The notes under the pieces were generated by a model. The model made no database searches, was not told where the DNA came from, and saw only the letters and a program-made list of their open reading frames with translations. Shown piece by piece: positions 30,130 through 38,680 of a stretch of 51,491 nt of DNA (positions are counted from its first letter, which is position 1; each line of letters starts with the position of its first letter). Source of the DNA: Acutalibacteraceae bacterium (lineage in GTDB: Bacteria > Bacillota > Clostridia > Oscillospirales > Acutalibacteraceae). The stretch covers positions 1 to 51,491 of the forward strand of contig JAZRQN010000013.1 in the NCBI GenBank assembly GCA_045649855.1, read 5' to 3'. The translations under genes and the position numbers were made by a program.

Positions 30130-31140
30130 ATGACCGATAAAAAGACGTTTGGTTCTTTTATCAAAACCAAACGAACCGAGAAAAACTATTCACAAAAAGA
30201 CTTGGCGGAAATGCTGTTTGTTACCGAGGGCGCTGTCAGTAAATGGGAACGAGGGATATCCTATCCTGACATTACTTTGATTACGGATATTTGCCGTGTT
30301 CTTGATATTAGCGAACATGAATTGATCACTGCCTCTGACGATGCAGAGAACAGGAGATTGAAAAGTGAAGCACGGCAGTTTCGTGTGATTCGTGGCGCGT
30401 GGTTTTGGATTCCGACGATATCTTATGCGGTAGCACTCTTGACTTGTTTTGTTTGTAATCTTGCCGTAAACCACACGTTATCCTGGTTTTTTATCGTGTT
30501 GGCGGCGCTGGTTTGCGCTTATACGTTTGTGCCCAACATCACGTGCTTTTTTGAATCCAAGAAATTGCTGGCTTTTTCTGTTTCGAGTTACGCGTCCATT
30601 TGTTTGCTGCTTTTCACCTGTGCGGTATATACGGGTGGTTTATCTTGGTTCTTAACGGCGTGTATCGGTACTTTGATTGGATATGATTTGTTGTTTTTAC
30701 CTATACTTTTATCCAAAACCAAGGTATCGCGCTGGAAGTTTGTGATTGCATTTACCGTTACTTGCGCACTGACAATATTGCTTTTGCTGAATATCAATAT
30801 TTGGCATCCCTTTATGCTCACTTCGGCTATACTCGTTACCGGTTATGCATTTATCCCTGTGGTGTTGTGCACGGTTATCTGCGCAATGCGTTTTGATGCG
30901 TTTCTGAAATCGGGCGTTTGTGTTGTTCTCTGCTCGGTCCCACTGTATTTTACGGAGTATATTGTGGACGTGTTGTTTAATACAAATGATAGTGCTTATC
31001 AAGTGAATTTTCGTGATTGGACACATTTTTTCGAAGGAAATATTCAACTGATTTGTTTGGCGTTTGCGTTGCTTGTGGGGACGGTTTTTACCGTTTTGGG
31101 CGTTCTCAGAATTTGTAAAACACATAAATGTTCTGGTTAA
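30130..31140 (+). CDS. XRE-family HTH protein fused to a polytopic membrane domain
   Basis: Part of ORF 30121..31140. FGSFIKTKRTEKNYSQKDLAEMLFVTEGAVSKWERG is a Cro/C1 HTH, followed by about seven hydrophobic helices. Confidence 0.8.
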   Translation: MTDKKTFGSFIKTKRTEKNYSQKDLAEMLFVTEGAVSKWERGISYPDITLITDICRVLDISEHELITASDDAENRRLKSEARQFRVIRGAWFWIPTISYAVALLTCFVCNLAVNHTLSWFFIVLAALVCAYTFVPNITCFFESKKLLAFSVSSYASICLLLFTCAVYTGGLSWFLTACIGTLIGYDLLFLPILLSKTKVSRWKFVIAFTVTCALTILLLLNINIWHPFMLTSAILVTGYAFIPVVLCTVICAMRFDAFLKSGVCVVLCSVPLYFTEYIVDVLFNTNDSAYQVNFRDWTHFFEGNIQLICLAFALLVGTVFTVLGVLRICKTHKCSG

Positions 31141-31199
31141 AGGACATACATAAACCGATGTATGCGGTAATATACTGCATGCAAAGGGGTTGATACGGT

Positions 31200-31670
31200 A
31201 TGAAAATTAACTGGAAAACACTGCTGCTTTGTATAATCATTCCGCTGGCAGTGGGCGGTTTATCCGCGCTGATTTCTATGGGTGGCATGCAAGCGTATGC
31301 TGAATTTGAGCAACCGCCGCTTGCACCGCCCGGATGGCTGTTTCCGATTGTGTGGACGATTCTTTACGTACTGATGGGGATAGCATCTTATTTGCTGGTA
31401 ACATCCAAAGCGTCAACGCGCCATATCGGCAGTGCGCTCAAGACGTATGCACTGCAACTGTTTTTCAACTTCTGTTGGAGCATCATTTTCTTCAATTTTC
31501 AGTTGTATTGGGTAGCGTTAGCGTGGTTGGTCGTACTGTGGTTGCTGATTGTTTTGTGTATCGTGCGGTTTTATCGCGTTTCCGAAACGGCGGCATTTTT
31601 GATGATTCCGTATCTTCTTTGGGTTACCTTTGCCGCATATCTCAACGCGGGAGTAGCCGCTTTGAATTGA
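31200..31670 (+). CDS. tspO: TspO/MBR tryptophan-rich sensory protein
   Basis: 156 aa, five TM helices, PPGWLFPIVWTILYVLMG and WSIIFF motifs. Confidence 0.9.
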   Translation: MKINWKTLLLCIIIPLAVGGLSALISMGGMQAYAEFEQPPLAPPGWLFPIVWTILYVLMGIASYLLVTSKASTRHIGSALKTYALQLFFNFCWSIIFFNFQLYWVALAWLVVLWLLIVLCIVRFYRVSETAAFLMIPYLLWVTFAAYLNAGVAALN

Positions 31671-31677
31671 AAATAAA

Positions 31678-31717
31678 AACGAAACAGAGATACCTGATTG
31701 GGTATCTCTGTTTCGTT
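31678..31717. terminator. Bidirectional terminator (T1) after tspO and after tRNA-end repeat unit 1
   Basis: AACGAAACAGAGATACC-TGATTG-GGTATCTCTGTTTCGTT, a 17-bp perfect stem. Confidence 0.8.
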
Positions 31718-31980
31718 GGTGCGAGCAATGGGATATTGAAGTGGAATTTCGGGCACTGTGTCCGTTTGCCGAGCGAACAAAAAAAGAGACACCCTTTTGG
31801 GTGTCTCTTTTTGTTGGTGCGAGGAATGGGATATTGAACCGGTTTTGCGTTATAAAACGTGCTATCAATGTGCGTTCGCACGCAAAACCTTGGAAATTCC
31901 GCTTTGTGGAATTTCGGGTACTGCGTCAATTTACTGTATAAATCAAAGAAAGATAGGCGTAAAGCCTATCTTTCTTTGAT
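31717..31980 (-). repeat. Two extra copies of the tRNA-Leu 3' end (T-loop to CCA), each followed on the minus strand by its own terminator hairpin
   Basis: TGGTGCGAG(C/G)AATGGGATATTGAA at 31717-31740 and 31815-31838, compared with TGGTGCGAGGAATGGGACTTGAA at the true tRNA end (31981-32003). Hairpins T2 (31781-31812) and T3 (31941-31980). A second repeat, GTGGAATTTCGGG(C/T)ACTG(T/C)GTC, lies at 31741-31762 and 31906-31927. Confidence 0.75.
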
Positions 31981-32064
31981 TGGTGCGAGGAATGGGACTT
32001 GAACCCACACGTCAACGACACACGCACCTCAAACGTGCCTGTCTGCCAGTTCCAGCATCCTCGC
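31981..32064 (-). tRNA. tRNA-Leu (anticodon GAG), class II with long variable arm, CCA encoded
   Basis: Minus-strand sequence GCGAGGA-TG-CTGGAACTGGCAGACAG-G-CACGT-TTGAGGT-GCGTG-TGTCGTTGACGTG-TGGGTTCAAGTCCCA-TTCCTCGC-ACCA. Folded by hand: a 7-bp acceptor stem, the T-loop GGTTCAAGTCC, and the anticodon loop TT-GAG-GT. Confidence 0.9.
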
Positions 32065-32091
32065 ATATATCGTCCGTTTCGGACCTTGCAT

Positions 32092-32120
32092 ATTATAGCA
32101 CCGCTTTCTTCTAATGTCAA
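32092..32120 (-). promoter_or_regulatory. Consensus sigma-A promoter for tRNA-Leu
   Basis: On the minus strand: TTGACA, 17-nt spacer, TATAAT. The -10 ends about 27 nt upstream of tRNA position 1. Confidence 0.7.
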
Positions 32121-32212
32121 CGATTTTTTTGAGAAAAATCAATCTTTTGCTTTTATTTTTTGGGGTGATATGGTAAAATACTATTATTGATGCATCGAGA
32201 GGAGAAAACGCT

Positions 32213-34795
32213 ATGCATTTGTTGGTCGTAGACGGTAACAGTATTGCCAATCGCGCGTTTTACGGTATTCGTTTGTTGTCCACGAAAGACGGTGTGTATA
32301 CCAATGCCATCGTCGGTTTTTTGAATATTTTGCAAAAGGTGAAAGAGACGAGCGGCGCCGATCATATTGCTGTTGCGTTTGACGTGCATGCGCCGACCTT
32401 CCGACATAAGCAGTATGAGGCGTATAAGGCGGGCAGAAAAGGAATGCCTGAAGAGTTGCGCCAGCAAATGCCTGTGTTGAAACAAGTGTTATCGCTGATG
32501 GGATATACCATCGTCGAAAAAGAAGGGTACGAAGCAGATGATATTCTCGGTACACTTTCTCGTGCGGCGATGGAGCAAGGAATCTCCTGCAGTATCGTAA
32601 CGGGCGATCGCGACGCTTTGCAGCTGGTAACCGACGAGGTAACCGTGCTGTTACCTTCCACAAAATCAGGGCACACCGAAACACAGGTGTTTACGCCGTC
32701 TGCGATTATGGAAAAATACGGGATGCCGCCGCGTCGTCTGATCGATCTGAAAGCGCTGATGGGGGATAGCAGTGATAATATCCCCGGCGTGCCCGGCGTT
32801 GGTGAGAAAACGGCGACCGATTTGATGCACACCTATACTTCCCTTGATGATCTGTATGACAGTCTGGATACTGCTGATATGCGCGATTCTTTGCGCAAGA
32901 AGTTGCTGGATGGCAAAGACTCTGCATATCTCAGCTATCAACTCGGTACCATTTGTTTGGATGCGCCGATCGACAGAGAAATTTCACATTATTGTGTACA
33001 GCCGATGCAGAAAAATGAATTGGCCGCTCTGCTGACCGAACTGGAACTGTTTAAATGGATCGAACGTCTGGAACTGCACGGAACGCAGTTATCTTTTGAA
33101 GATGCTGCACCGATGGAGATGCAAATGGAAATACCGCTTGAAGATGACTGTGCTTTGTCTGATGTGGTGTCGTGGGTGGACAAGCATCATCGTCTCGATT
33201 TCTTGTACGAACTTGAAAACGGTGCTGTGAATACGCTGTATGTTTCGTTTGAAAATCGCGTGGCGAGGTTGGCTGTTAACGATCGATTGCTGTCGATTTT
33301 GACAGATGATTCGGTTTTGAAAAGGACACATAATGTTAAACCGCTCTTTTCTGCTTTGCTCAATCTCGGAAAAACGCCCGTCGGTTTTTCAATGGATACT
33401 ATGTTAGCGGCGTATTTGCTGGATCCTTTGGCGTCTACTTATGGTTTGCCGCGCTTGGCACAAGAATATAATGCTGTAAATGCTGTTATACCGATGGATA
33501 TACCTGTAGAGCAACAAATCGGTTTCTTTTCTGCGGTCGCTGATAAACTGGAGACTGAAATTGAAAAGACAGGTCAAACCACGTTGCTCAACGATGTAGA
33601 GCTGCCGCTCGCCGAAGTGCTGGCTTCTATGGAGAATATCGGTTTTGAAGTGGATGCACCTCACATTCAGTTATACGGTGAGCAACTGGAAAAACGTATC
33701 GCAAGTTTGGAAACGGCTATCTACGAGGCGGTTGGATACACATTCAATCTCAATTCTCCCAAGCAACTGGCAGTGGCGTTATTTGAGGATTTGGGGTTAC
33801 CTGCCAAAAAGAAAACCAAAAGCGGATATTCGACCAATGCGGAAGTTTTGGAAGAATTGAAAGATGCGCATCCTGCAGTGAGTATGTTGCTGGAATACCG
33901 CACATACGCCAAACTCAAAAGCACCTACTGTGATGGTTTGCTGAAAGTAATTGCGGCAGACGGGCGCATTCATTCCTCCTTCAACCAGGCGGAAACGCGC
34001 ACCGGCCGTATTTCCTCTACCGAACCGAATTTACAGAATATCCCTGTGCGCCAGGAGGCCGGCAGAGAACTGCGTCGTTTCTTCCGCGCGGCTGATGGGA
34101 TGATGCTTTGTGATGCCGACTATTCGCAGATCGAATTGCGTGTTTTGGCATCTATGGCCGGGGACACTACTATGATTGAAGCGTTTAACACGGGCGCGGA
34201 TATCCACACCACCACGGCTTCGCAGGTGTTTGATATTCCTGCGGAGATGGTTAGTTCCGAAATGCGTTCTCGTGCTAAAGCGGTCAATTTCGGCATCGTA
34301 TACGGCATCGGTGCGCACTCGCTGTCCAAGGATATTGGTGTTTCGTTCCGTGAGGCGAAGGCGTATATTGATAGTTATTTCGAGAACTTCTCCGCGGTCG
34401 GCGGTTTTATGGATCGGTTGATCGGTCATGCCAAAGAGGTGGGATACGCCGAAACGCTGCTCGGCAGAAGACGTCCGTTGCCCGAATTGCGTGCAGGGAA
34501 CGCAATGACACGTGCGTTTGGTGAGCGAGTAGCGCGTAATATGCCCATCCAAGGCACGGCAGCAGATATTATCAAGATTGCAATGGTGCGTGTTTACAAT
34601 CGCTTGAAAGCGGAAAATATGCAAGCGCGTCTGATTTTGCAGGTGCACGATGAACTGATCGTGGAAGCGCCCGAGACAGAAGCGGAAAAAGCGGCTGCCA
34701 TTTTGAAAGAAGAAATGGAAAACGCCGTGCAAATGGCGGTCAAATTGACAGTCGATGTGCATATCGGCAAAGCCTGGTACGATGCAAAACAATAA
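32213..34795 (+). CDS. polA: DNA polymerase I
   Basis: 860 aa. 5'-nuclease domain (LLVVDGNSIANRAFY, GDSSDNIPGVPGVGEKTA), and polymerase motifs DYSQIELRVLA, RRRAKAVNFGIVYG-like and QVHDELIVE. Confidence 0.97.
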   Translation: MHLLVVDGNSIANRAFYGIRLLSTKDGVYTNAIVGFLNILQKVKETSGADHIAVAFDVHAPTFRHKQYEAYKAGRKGMPEELRQQMPVLKQVLSLMGYTIVEKEGYEADDILGTLSRAAMEQGISCSIVTGDRDALQLVTDEVTVLLPSTKSGHTETQVFTPSAIMEKYGMPPRRLIDLKALMGDSSDNIPGVPGVGEKTATDLMHTYTSLDDLYDSLDTADMRDSLRKKLLDGKDSAYLSYQLGTICLDAPIDREISHYCVQPMQKNELAALLTELELFKWIERLELHGTQLSFEDAAPMEMQMEIPLEDDCALSDVVSWVDKHHRLDFLYELENGAVNTLYVSFENRVARLAVNDRLLSILTDDSVLKRTHNVKPLFSALLNLGKTPVGFSMDTMLAAYLLDPLASTYGLPRLAQEYNAVNAVIPMDIPVEQQIGFFSAVADKLETEIEKTGQTTLLNDVELPLAEVLASMENIGFEVDAPHIQLYGEQLEKRIASLETAIYEAVGYTFNLNSPKQLAVALFEDLGLPAKKKTKSGYSTNAEVLEELKDAHPAVSMLLEYRTYAKLKSTYCDGLLKVIAADGRIHSSFNQAETRTGRISSTEPNLQNIPVRQEAGRELRRFFRAADGMMLCDADYSQIELRVLASMAGDTTMIEAFNTGADIHTTTASQVFDIPAEMVSSEMRSRAKAVNFGIVYGIGAHSLSKDIGVSFREAKAYIDSYFENFSAVGGFMDRLIGHAKEVGYAETLLGRRRPLPELRAGNAMTRAFGERVARNMPIQGTAADIIKIAMVRVYNRLKAENMQARLILQVHDELIVEAPETEAEKAAAILKEEMENAVQMAVKLTVDVHIGKAWYDAKQ

Positions 34796-34796
34796 T

Positions 34797-34831
34797 AAAA
34801 ACCGCCCTGCAACAACAGTTGCAGGGCGGTT
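34797..34831. terminator. Bidirectional terminator between polA and pyrR
   Basis: AAAAACCGCCCTGCAAC-AACA-GTTGCAGGGCGGTT. Confidence 0.85.
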
Positions 34832-34840
34832 ATATTGTTA

Positions 34841-35380
34841 TCAGTGTTCGGTTTGCCAAATCTCTACACGGGAACAGCCGTCCATATCGGGAGTTTGCAC
34901 CATAATGCGCTCGCTGTGCGAGGTGGGGACGTTTTTGCCGACGTAATCAGCACGGAACGGCAATTCACGGTGGCCACGATCCACTAAAATGGCAAGTTGA
35001 ATGGCACGAGGACGACCGTGCGCAAAGATGGCATCAATCGCCGCGCGCACTGTGCGGCCGGTGTACAACACATCATCAACCAGCACAATGGTTTTATCGG
35101 TAACGTCAAACGGCAGGGCGGCAGAATCCAGTACAGGTGCCGAAGTGGGCGGCAGGTCATCGCGATAAAAATGGATGTCCAATTCGCCGCAGGGGAGAGC
35201 CGTACCCTCGATTTTTTCGATGTTTGCGCAGATTTGTTGCGCAAGCGGCAAGCCGCGGCGCTTGATACCGACCAAATACAGGTTGTCGATACCTTTGTTT
35301 TTCTCGATGATTTCGTGTGCGATACGCATCAAAGCACGCCGCACGTCAGCTTCATCCATCAGCAAAGATTTCTTTTGCAC
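34841..35380 (-). CDS. pyrR: Bifunctional pyr mRNA-binding attenuation protein / uracil phosphoribosyltransferase PyrR
   Basis: Part of ORF 34841..35437. [24 protein letters not shown] and the PRPP motif [17 protein letters not shown]. Start set at GTG 35380 after AAAGGGGA; Met 35359 is an alternative. Confidence 0.88.
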   Translation of the reverse strand: MQKKSLLMDEADVRRALMRIAHEIIEKNKGIDNLYLVGIKRRGLPLAQQICANIEKIEGTALPCGELDIHFYRDDLPPTSAPVLDSAALPFDVTDKTIVLVDDVLYTGRTVRAAIDAIFAHGRPRAIQLAILVDRGHRELPFRADYVGKNVPTSHSERIMVQTPDMDGCSRVEIWQTEH

Positions 35381-35482
35381 ACAAGCATCCCCTTTACGGA
35401 AACTGTTTGATAGAATGAGTATATCACACGAGCTCACAAAAGTAAAGTAAAAGCGGACGAGTTCTCCCGCCCGCTTTTTAAA

Positions 35483-36091
35483 TTATTTACCGCAACCTTT
35501 GTCAAAAGACGGATTGCACATATAATAGTTTTTGGTGTTGAGGCGATCGGTTGTGATTTCCAGCGCTTCGCCGAATCTCTGATAGTGATTCAACTCTCTT
35601 TGACGGAGAAAACGCAACGGATCCAGCACGTCCGGGTCATCAATGAGACGGATGAGGTTGTCGTAGGTGGTGCGAGCCTTCTGTTCTGCCGCCAAATCTT
35701 CGTGTAAATCTGTAATGGGATCTCCCTTTACACCGATATACGACGCTGTCCACGGCACACCCGAGGCGGCGATGGGGTAAACGCCGGTGGTGTGATCCAC
35801 AAAGTAGGTGTCGAAACCTTTTGCCTTGATTTCCGCTTCGCTCAGATTGCGGGTGAGCTGGTATACCATAGCGCTCACCATTTCCATGTGAGCAAGTTCT
35901 TCGGTGCCGATATCGGTTAAAAGCCCTTTCACTTCAGCGTAAGGCATACTATATCGCTGACTGAGATACCGCATGGAAGCACCAAGTTCGCCGTCGGGAC
36001 CGCCAAACTGAGAAATCAAAACCTGTGCGATTTTGGGGTTGGGGGTTGCGATTTTTACGGGGTATTGCAGTTTTTTCTCATATTGCCACAT
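35483..36091 (-). CDS. cotJC: Spore coat protein CotJC (manganese catalase-family ferritin-like fold)
   Basis: MWQYEKKLQYPVKI...GGPDGELGASMRYLSQRY...EELAHMEMV. Confidence 0.9.
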   Translation of the reverse strand: MWQYEKKLQYPVKIATPNPKIAQVLISQFGGPDGELGASMRYLSQRYSMPYAEVKGLLTDIGTEELAHMEMVSAMVYQLTRNLSEAEIKAKGFDTYFVDHTTGVYPIAASGVPWTASYIGVKGDPITDLHEDLAAEQKARTTYDNLIRLIDDPDVLDPLRFLRQRELNHYQRFGEALEITTDRLNTKNYYMCNPSFDKGCGK

Positions 36092-36096
36092 CTCTC

Positions 36097-36357
36097 TTAC
36101 GCCTCCTTACAATAATCCCAGGGCCACGGATCTTGTATCCATGTAAAGGCATCTCCCTGTACATCGTTGACGGTGTTGATATACGGACCAAAAATCGCTT
36201 CATACTCTGCAACGAGTTGACAGCGCTTTTCGTTGTACATTTTGAAGAGGGTGAGTGCTTCGCGATCGTTCGGATGCGTGTCGAGATAGAGGTTCATTTC
36301 TACAATGGCAAAGTCATACGCTTTGATGCGATGCATCATAGCTGCACGATTATCCAT
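36097..36357 (-). CDS. cotJB: Spore coat protein CotJB
   Basis: 86 aa. IKAYDFAIVEMNLYLDTHPND...PWPWD, immediately upstream of cotJC. Confidence 0.85.
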   Translation of the reverse strand: MDNRAAMMHRIKAYDFAIVEMNLYLDTHPNDREALTLFKMYNEKRCQLVAEYEAIFGPYINTVNDVQGDAFTWIQDPWPWDYCKEA

Positions 36358-36613
36358 GGCGACACCCTCCTTTGAACGGTTTGTAGATTTCGGGGAACAG
36401 GGTGCCGTTGTGAAGTGCTTGTTCCGGCTCGTAGACGGCTTGTAATACTTGTACGGGAACGTATGCCATTACGGGTAAATAAGCATCTTCACGCGGACAG
36501 TTGCACGCGTTGTTGGCTTGATTATTCACAAAAATGCTCCTTTCGTGATGTTTGGGAATGTTGTCCACTAACATGGTATGTTTTCTGCTTGAAAAGGTGC
36601 GTTTATCTTGCAA
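36350..36613 (-). CDS. cotJA: Spore coat-associated protein CotJA
   Basis: C-terminal MAYVPVQVLQAVYEPEQALHNGTLFPEIYKPFKG matches the CotJA signature. Overlaps cotJB by 8 nt. The true start may be the internal Met at 36574. Confidence 0.65.
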   Translation of the reverse strand: MQDKRTFSSRKHTMLVDNIPKHHERSIFVNNQANNACNCPREDAYLPVMAYVPVQVLQAVYEPEQALHNGTLFPEIYKPFKGGCRHG

Positions 36614-36651
36614 ATTATTTCAAAGAGTGCTATGATGGCTGCAGGAGCGTG

Positions 36652-37068
36652 ATGGATTTGCGTATTTTAGCTGTTGATTTAGGACTGGTGCGTACGGGAA
36701 TCGCCGTTTGCGACAAAGGGGAGATCTTGTCCTCACCGTTGTGTACCATTCAAGAGGGTAACCCTGAAAAAGTGCCTCAAAAAGTGGCGGACGTGGTAGC
36801 TAACGAGCAAGCGGAAATGATTGTTGTCGGTCATCCGAAAAATATGGATGGTTCCAGAGGTGAAAGTGCGAAACGAGCAGAGAACTTTGCCGAGAAATTG
36901 CGCGAGCTCACAGGATTACCTGTAGAATTGTGGGATGAACGTATGACCACTATGAGTGCTATCGGGTTTCTCAATGAAACAGACGTGCGAGGAAAAAGGC
37001 GAAAAGAGGTGATTGATGCGGTTTCTGCATCGATCATTTTGCAGAATTTTCTGGATGCCCGAAAATAA
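36652..37068 (+). CDS. ruvX: Holliday-junction resolvase-like / pre-16S rRNA nuclease RuvX (YqgF)
   Basis: Part of ORF 36415..37068. Start set at ATG 36652 after AGGAG. ILAVDLGLVRTGIAVCD and IVVGHPKNMDGS. Confidence 0.9.
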   Translation: MDLRILAVDLGLVRTGIAVCDKGEILSSPLCTIQEGNPEKVPQKVADVVANEQAEMIVVGHPKNMDGSRGESAKRAENFAEKLRELTGLPVELWDERMTTMSAIGFLNETDVRGKRRKEVIDAVSASIILQNFLDARK

Positions 37069-37073
37069 AGATG

Positions 37074-37111
37074 AGACGGATGGAAAATTATTATTTTCAT
37101 CCGTCTTTTTT
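37074..37111 (+). terminator. Rho-independent terminator after ruvX
   Basis: AGACGGATGGAAAA-TTATTA-TTTTCATCCGTCTTTTTT. Confidence 0.8.
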
Positions 37112-37112
37112 A

Positions 37113-37141
37113 TTGACAATATAAATATAAATTAGTATAAT
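37113..37141 (+). promoter_or_regulatory. Perfect-consensus sigma-A promoter at the head of the polysaccharide operon
   Basis: TTGACA, 17-nt AT-only spacer, TATAAT, 31 nt upstream of the first ATG. Confidence 0.7.
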
Positions 37142-37172
37142 ATCAATATGTGTTTTGAAGAGGTGAGAAAGT

Positions 37173-37811
37173 ATGTACAAATCATTTTTGAAACGATTGT
37201 TTGATATTATAATTTCCGTGACGGGAATTATGGTTTTGTTGCCGCTTTTTCTGATTGTTGCCATTGTCGTGAAACTGGAAAGTGAAGGTCCTGTTTTATT
37301 CAAGCAACAGCGCATCGGAAAAGGTGGCAAAGTTTTTGATATTTACAAATTTCGTTCCATGTGTGTTGGTGCGGAAAAGACCGGAAGTGGCGTGTATTCC
37401 GAAAGTGGTGATCCTCGTGTAACGAAGGTCGGGCGCGTTCTTCGTGCGACGAGTTTGGACGAGTTACCGCAGTTGTTTAATATTTTACTCGGACATATGA
37501 GCTTGATCGGCCCTCGTCCGCCTCTTACATATCATCCTTGGCCGTATGAAGAATACACCGATGAACAGAAAAGAATGTTTGAAATGCGCCCCGGTATTAC
37601 CGGTTGGGCACAAATCAACGGCAGAAAAGCGGTGGAATGGAATCACCGCATTGAGTTGAACGTTTGGTATATTGATCATGTGTCTTTTGGGCTGGATGTT
37701 CGCATTTTCTTTATGACGATTTTTAAAGTGTTCAGCAATGCCGACAACGTGAACGCCGGCGCAACCGTTACTGCGCAACAAGAGGAAGCTGTTTCCACGA
37801 CCGAATCTTAA
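37173..37811 (+). CDS. Small monotopic phosphoglycosyltransferase (bacterial sugar transferase, PglC/WbaP-C-terminal type), priming enzyme
   Basis: 212 aa. [20 protein letters not shown] re-entrant helix, [36 protein letters not shown] and [11 protein letters not shown]. Confidence 0.9.
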   Translation: MYKSFLKRLFDIIISVTGIMVLLPLFLIVAIVVKLESEGPVLFKQQRIGKGGKVFDIYKFRSMCVGAEKTGSGVYSESGDPRVTKVGRVLRATSLDELPQLFNILLGHMSLIGPRPPLTYHPWPYEEYTDEQKRMFEMRPGITGWAQINGRKAVEWNHRIELNVWYIDHVSFGLDVRIFFMTIFKVFSNADNVNAGATVTAQQEEAVSTTES

Positions 37812-37834
37812 TCTGCTTTTGAGAGGTTAACGTT

Positions 37835-38680
37835 ATGCCGTTAAAACTGATGTACATCACAAATAAACCGCATATTGCTTCTATCGTAACCGCAGCCGGT
37901 GTAGATCGGATCTTTATTGATCTTGAGAGTTACGGGAAAGCCGCCAGACAAGGTGGCATGGACACCGTACAATCGAAACATACGGTTGCGGATATTAAAG
38001 CGGTACGCGCGGCGTTAGCAGATGCCGAAATCTTGGTGCGATGCAATCCGGTGCACGATGCAGCAGAAGGATACTGTGCGACCGAAGATGAGATTGATGC
38101 GATTATTGCGGCGGGCGCTGATGTCATAATGCTGCCGTATTTCAAAACCGCTGATGAGGTTTCGCGTTTTCTGCGTGCGGTAAATGGTCGTATTCGGACA
38201 ATGTTATTGTTTGAAACACCTGAATCGGTGGAAAATGTGCAAGAAATTTTAGCTCTCCGCGGTATTGATGAAGTGTTTATAGGACTCAACGATTTAAGCC
38301 TCGGTTATGGTATGAATTTTATGTTCCGGTTAGTTGCTGACGGCACAGTAGAACGACTTTGCAACATTTTCAAAACCAATGGTTTGCCGTACGGTTTTGG
38401 TGGCATTGCTGCTTTGGGTAAAGGTATGCTTCCCGCGGAGCGCGTGATTGCGGAACATTATCGTATGGGTTCTACTTGTGCTATTCTGTCTCGCAGTTTT
38501 TGCAATACGGACATCATTACAGATGTTAATGAAATTGAAACGATTTTCAATGACGGCCTTGGCGCTATTCGCGCTTATGAAGCAGAGTGTGAAAAAAGTG
38601 ATTTTCCGTTTGAAGAGAATCGTGCGGCGCTTGTATGCGCCGTGGATGAGATTTGCAAGGTAATCAAGGAGAAGGCGTGA
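37835..38680 (+). CDS. HpcH/HpaI aldolase / citrate-lyase-beta family protein
   Basis: 281 aa. The ML..ETPESVENVQEILALRGIDEVFIGLNDLSLGYG block resembles the class II pyruvate-aldolase / PEP-utilising TIM-barrel signature. Confidence 0.65.
   Translation: MPLKLMYITNKPHIASIVTAAGVDRIFIDLESYGKAARQGGMDTVQSKHTVADIKAVRAALADAEILVRCNPVHDAAEGYCATEDEIDAIIAAGADVIMLPYFKTADEVSRFLRAVNGRIRTMLLFETPESVENVQEILALRGIDEVFIGLNDLSLGYGMNFMFRLVADGTVERLCNIFKTNGLPYGFGGIAALGKGMLPAERVIAEHYRMGSTCAILSRSFCNTDIITDVNEIETIFNDGLGAIRAYEAECEKSDFPFEENRAALVCAVDEICKVIKEKA

Noticed and set aside
31334-31979. ORFs of 60-167 aa on both strands across the tRNA-end repeat region.
   Set aside because: They run through terminator hairpins and tRNA-derived repeats. 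They have no SD and give repetitive translations such as LFVGARNGIL.
32160-32212. Possible extended -10 promoter (TGgTAAAAT) for polA.
   Set aside because: No acceptable -35 lies at 16-18-nt spacing, so the evidence is too weak to list as a feature.
35381-35482. PyrR-binding loop or attenuator near pyrR.
   Set aside because: The UCCAGAGAGG-type binding-loop motif was not seen in this window. The pyr biosynthetic genes are apparently elsewhere.
36415-36651. N-terminal 79-codon extension of the ruvX ORF.
   Set aside because: It overlaps cotJA on the opposite strand and has no similarity to YqgF proteins. The Met at 36652 has a proper AGGAG SD and gives the canonical MDLRILAVDLG start.
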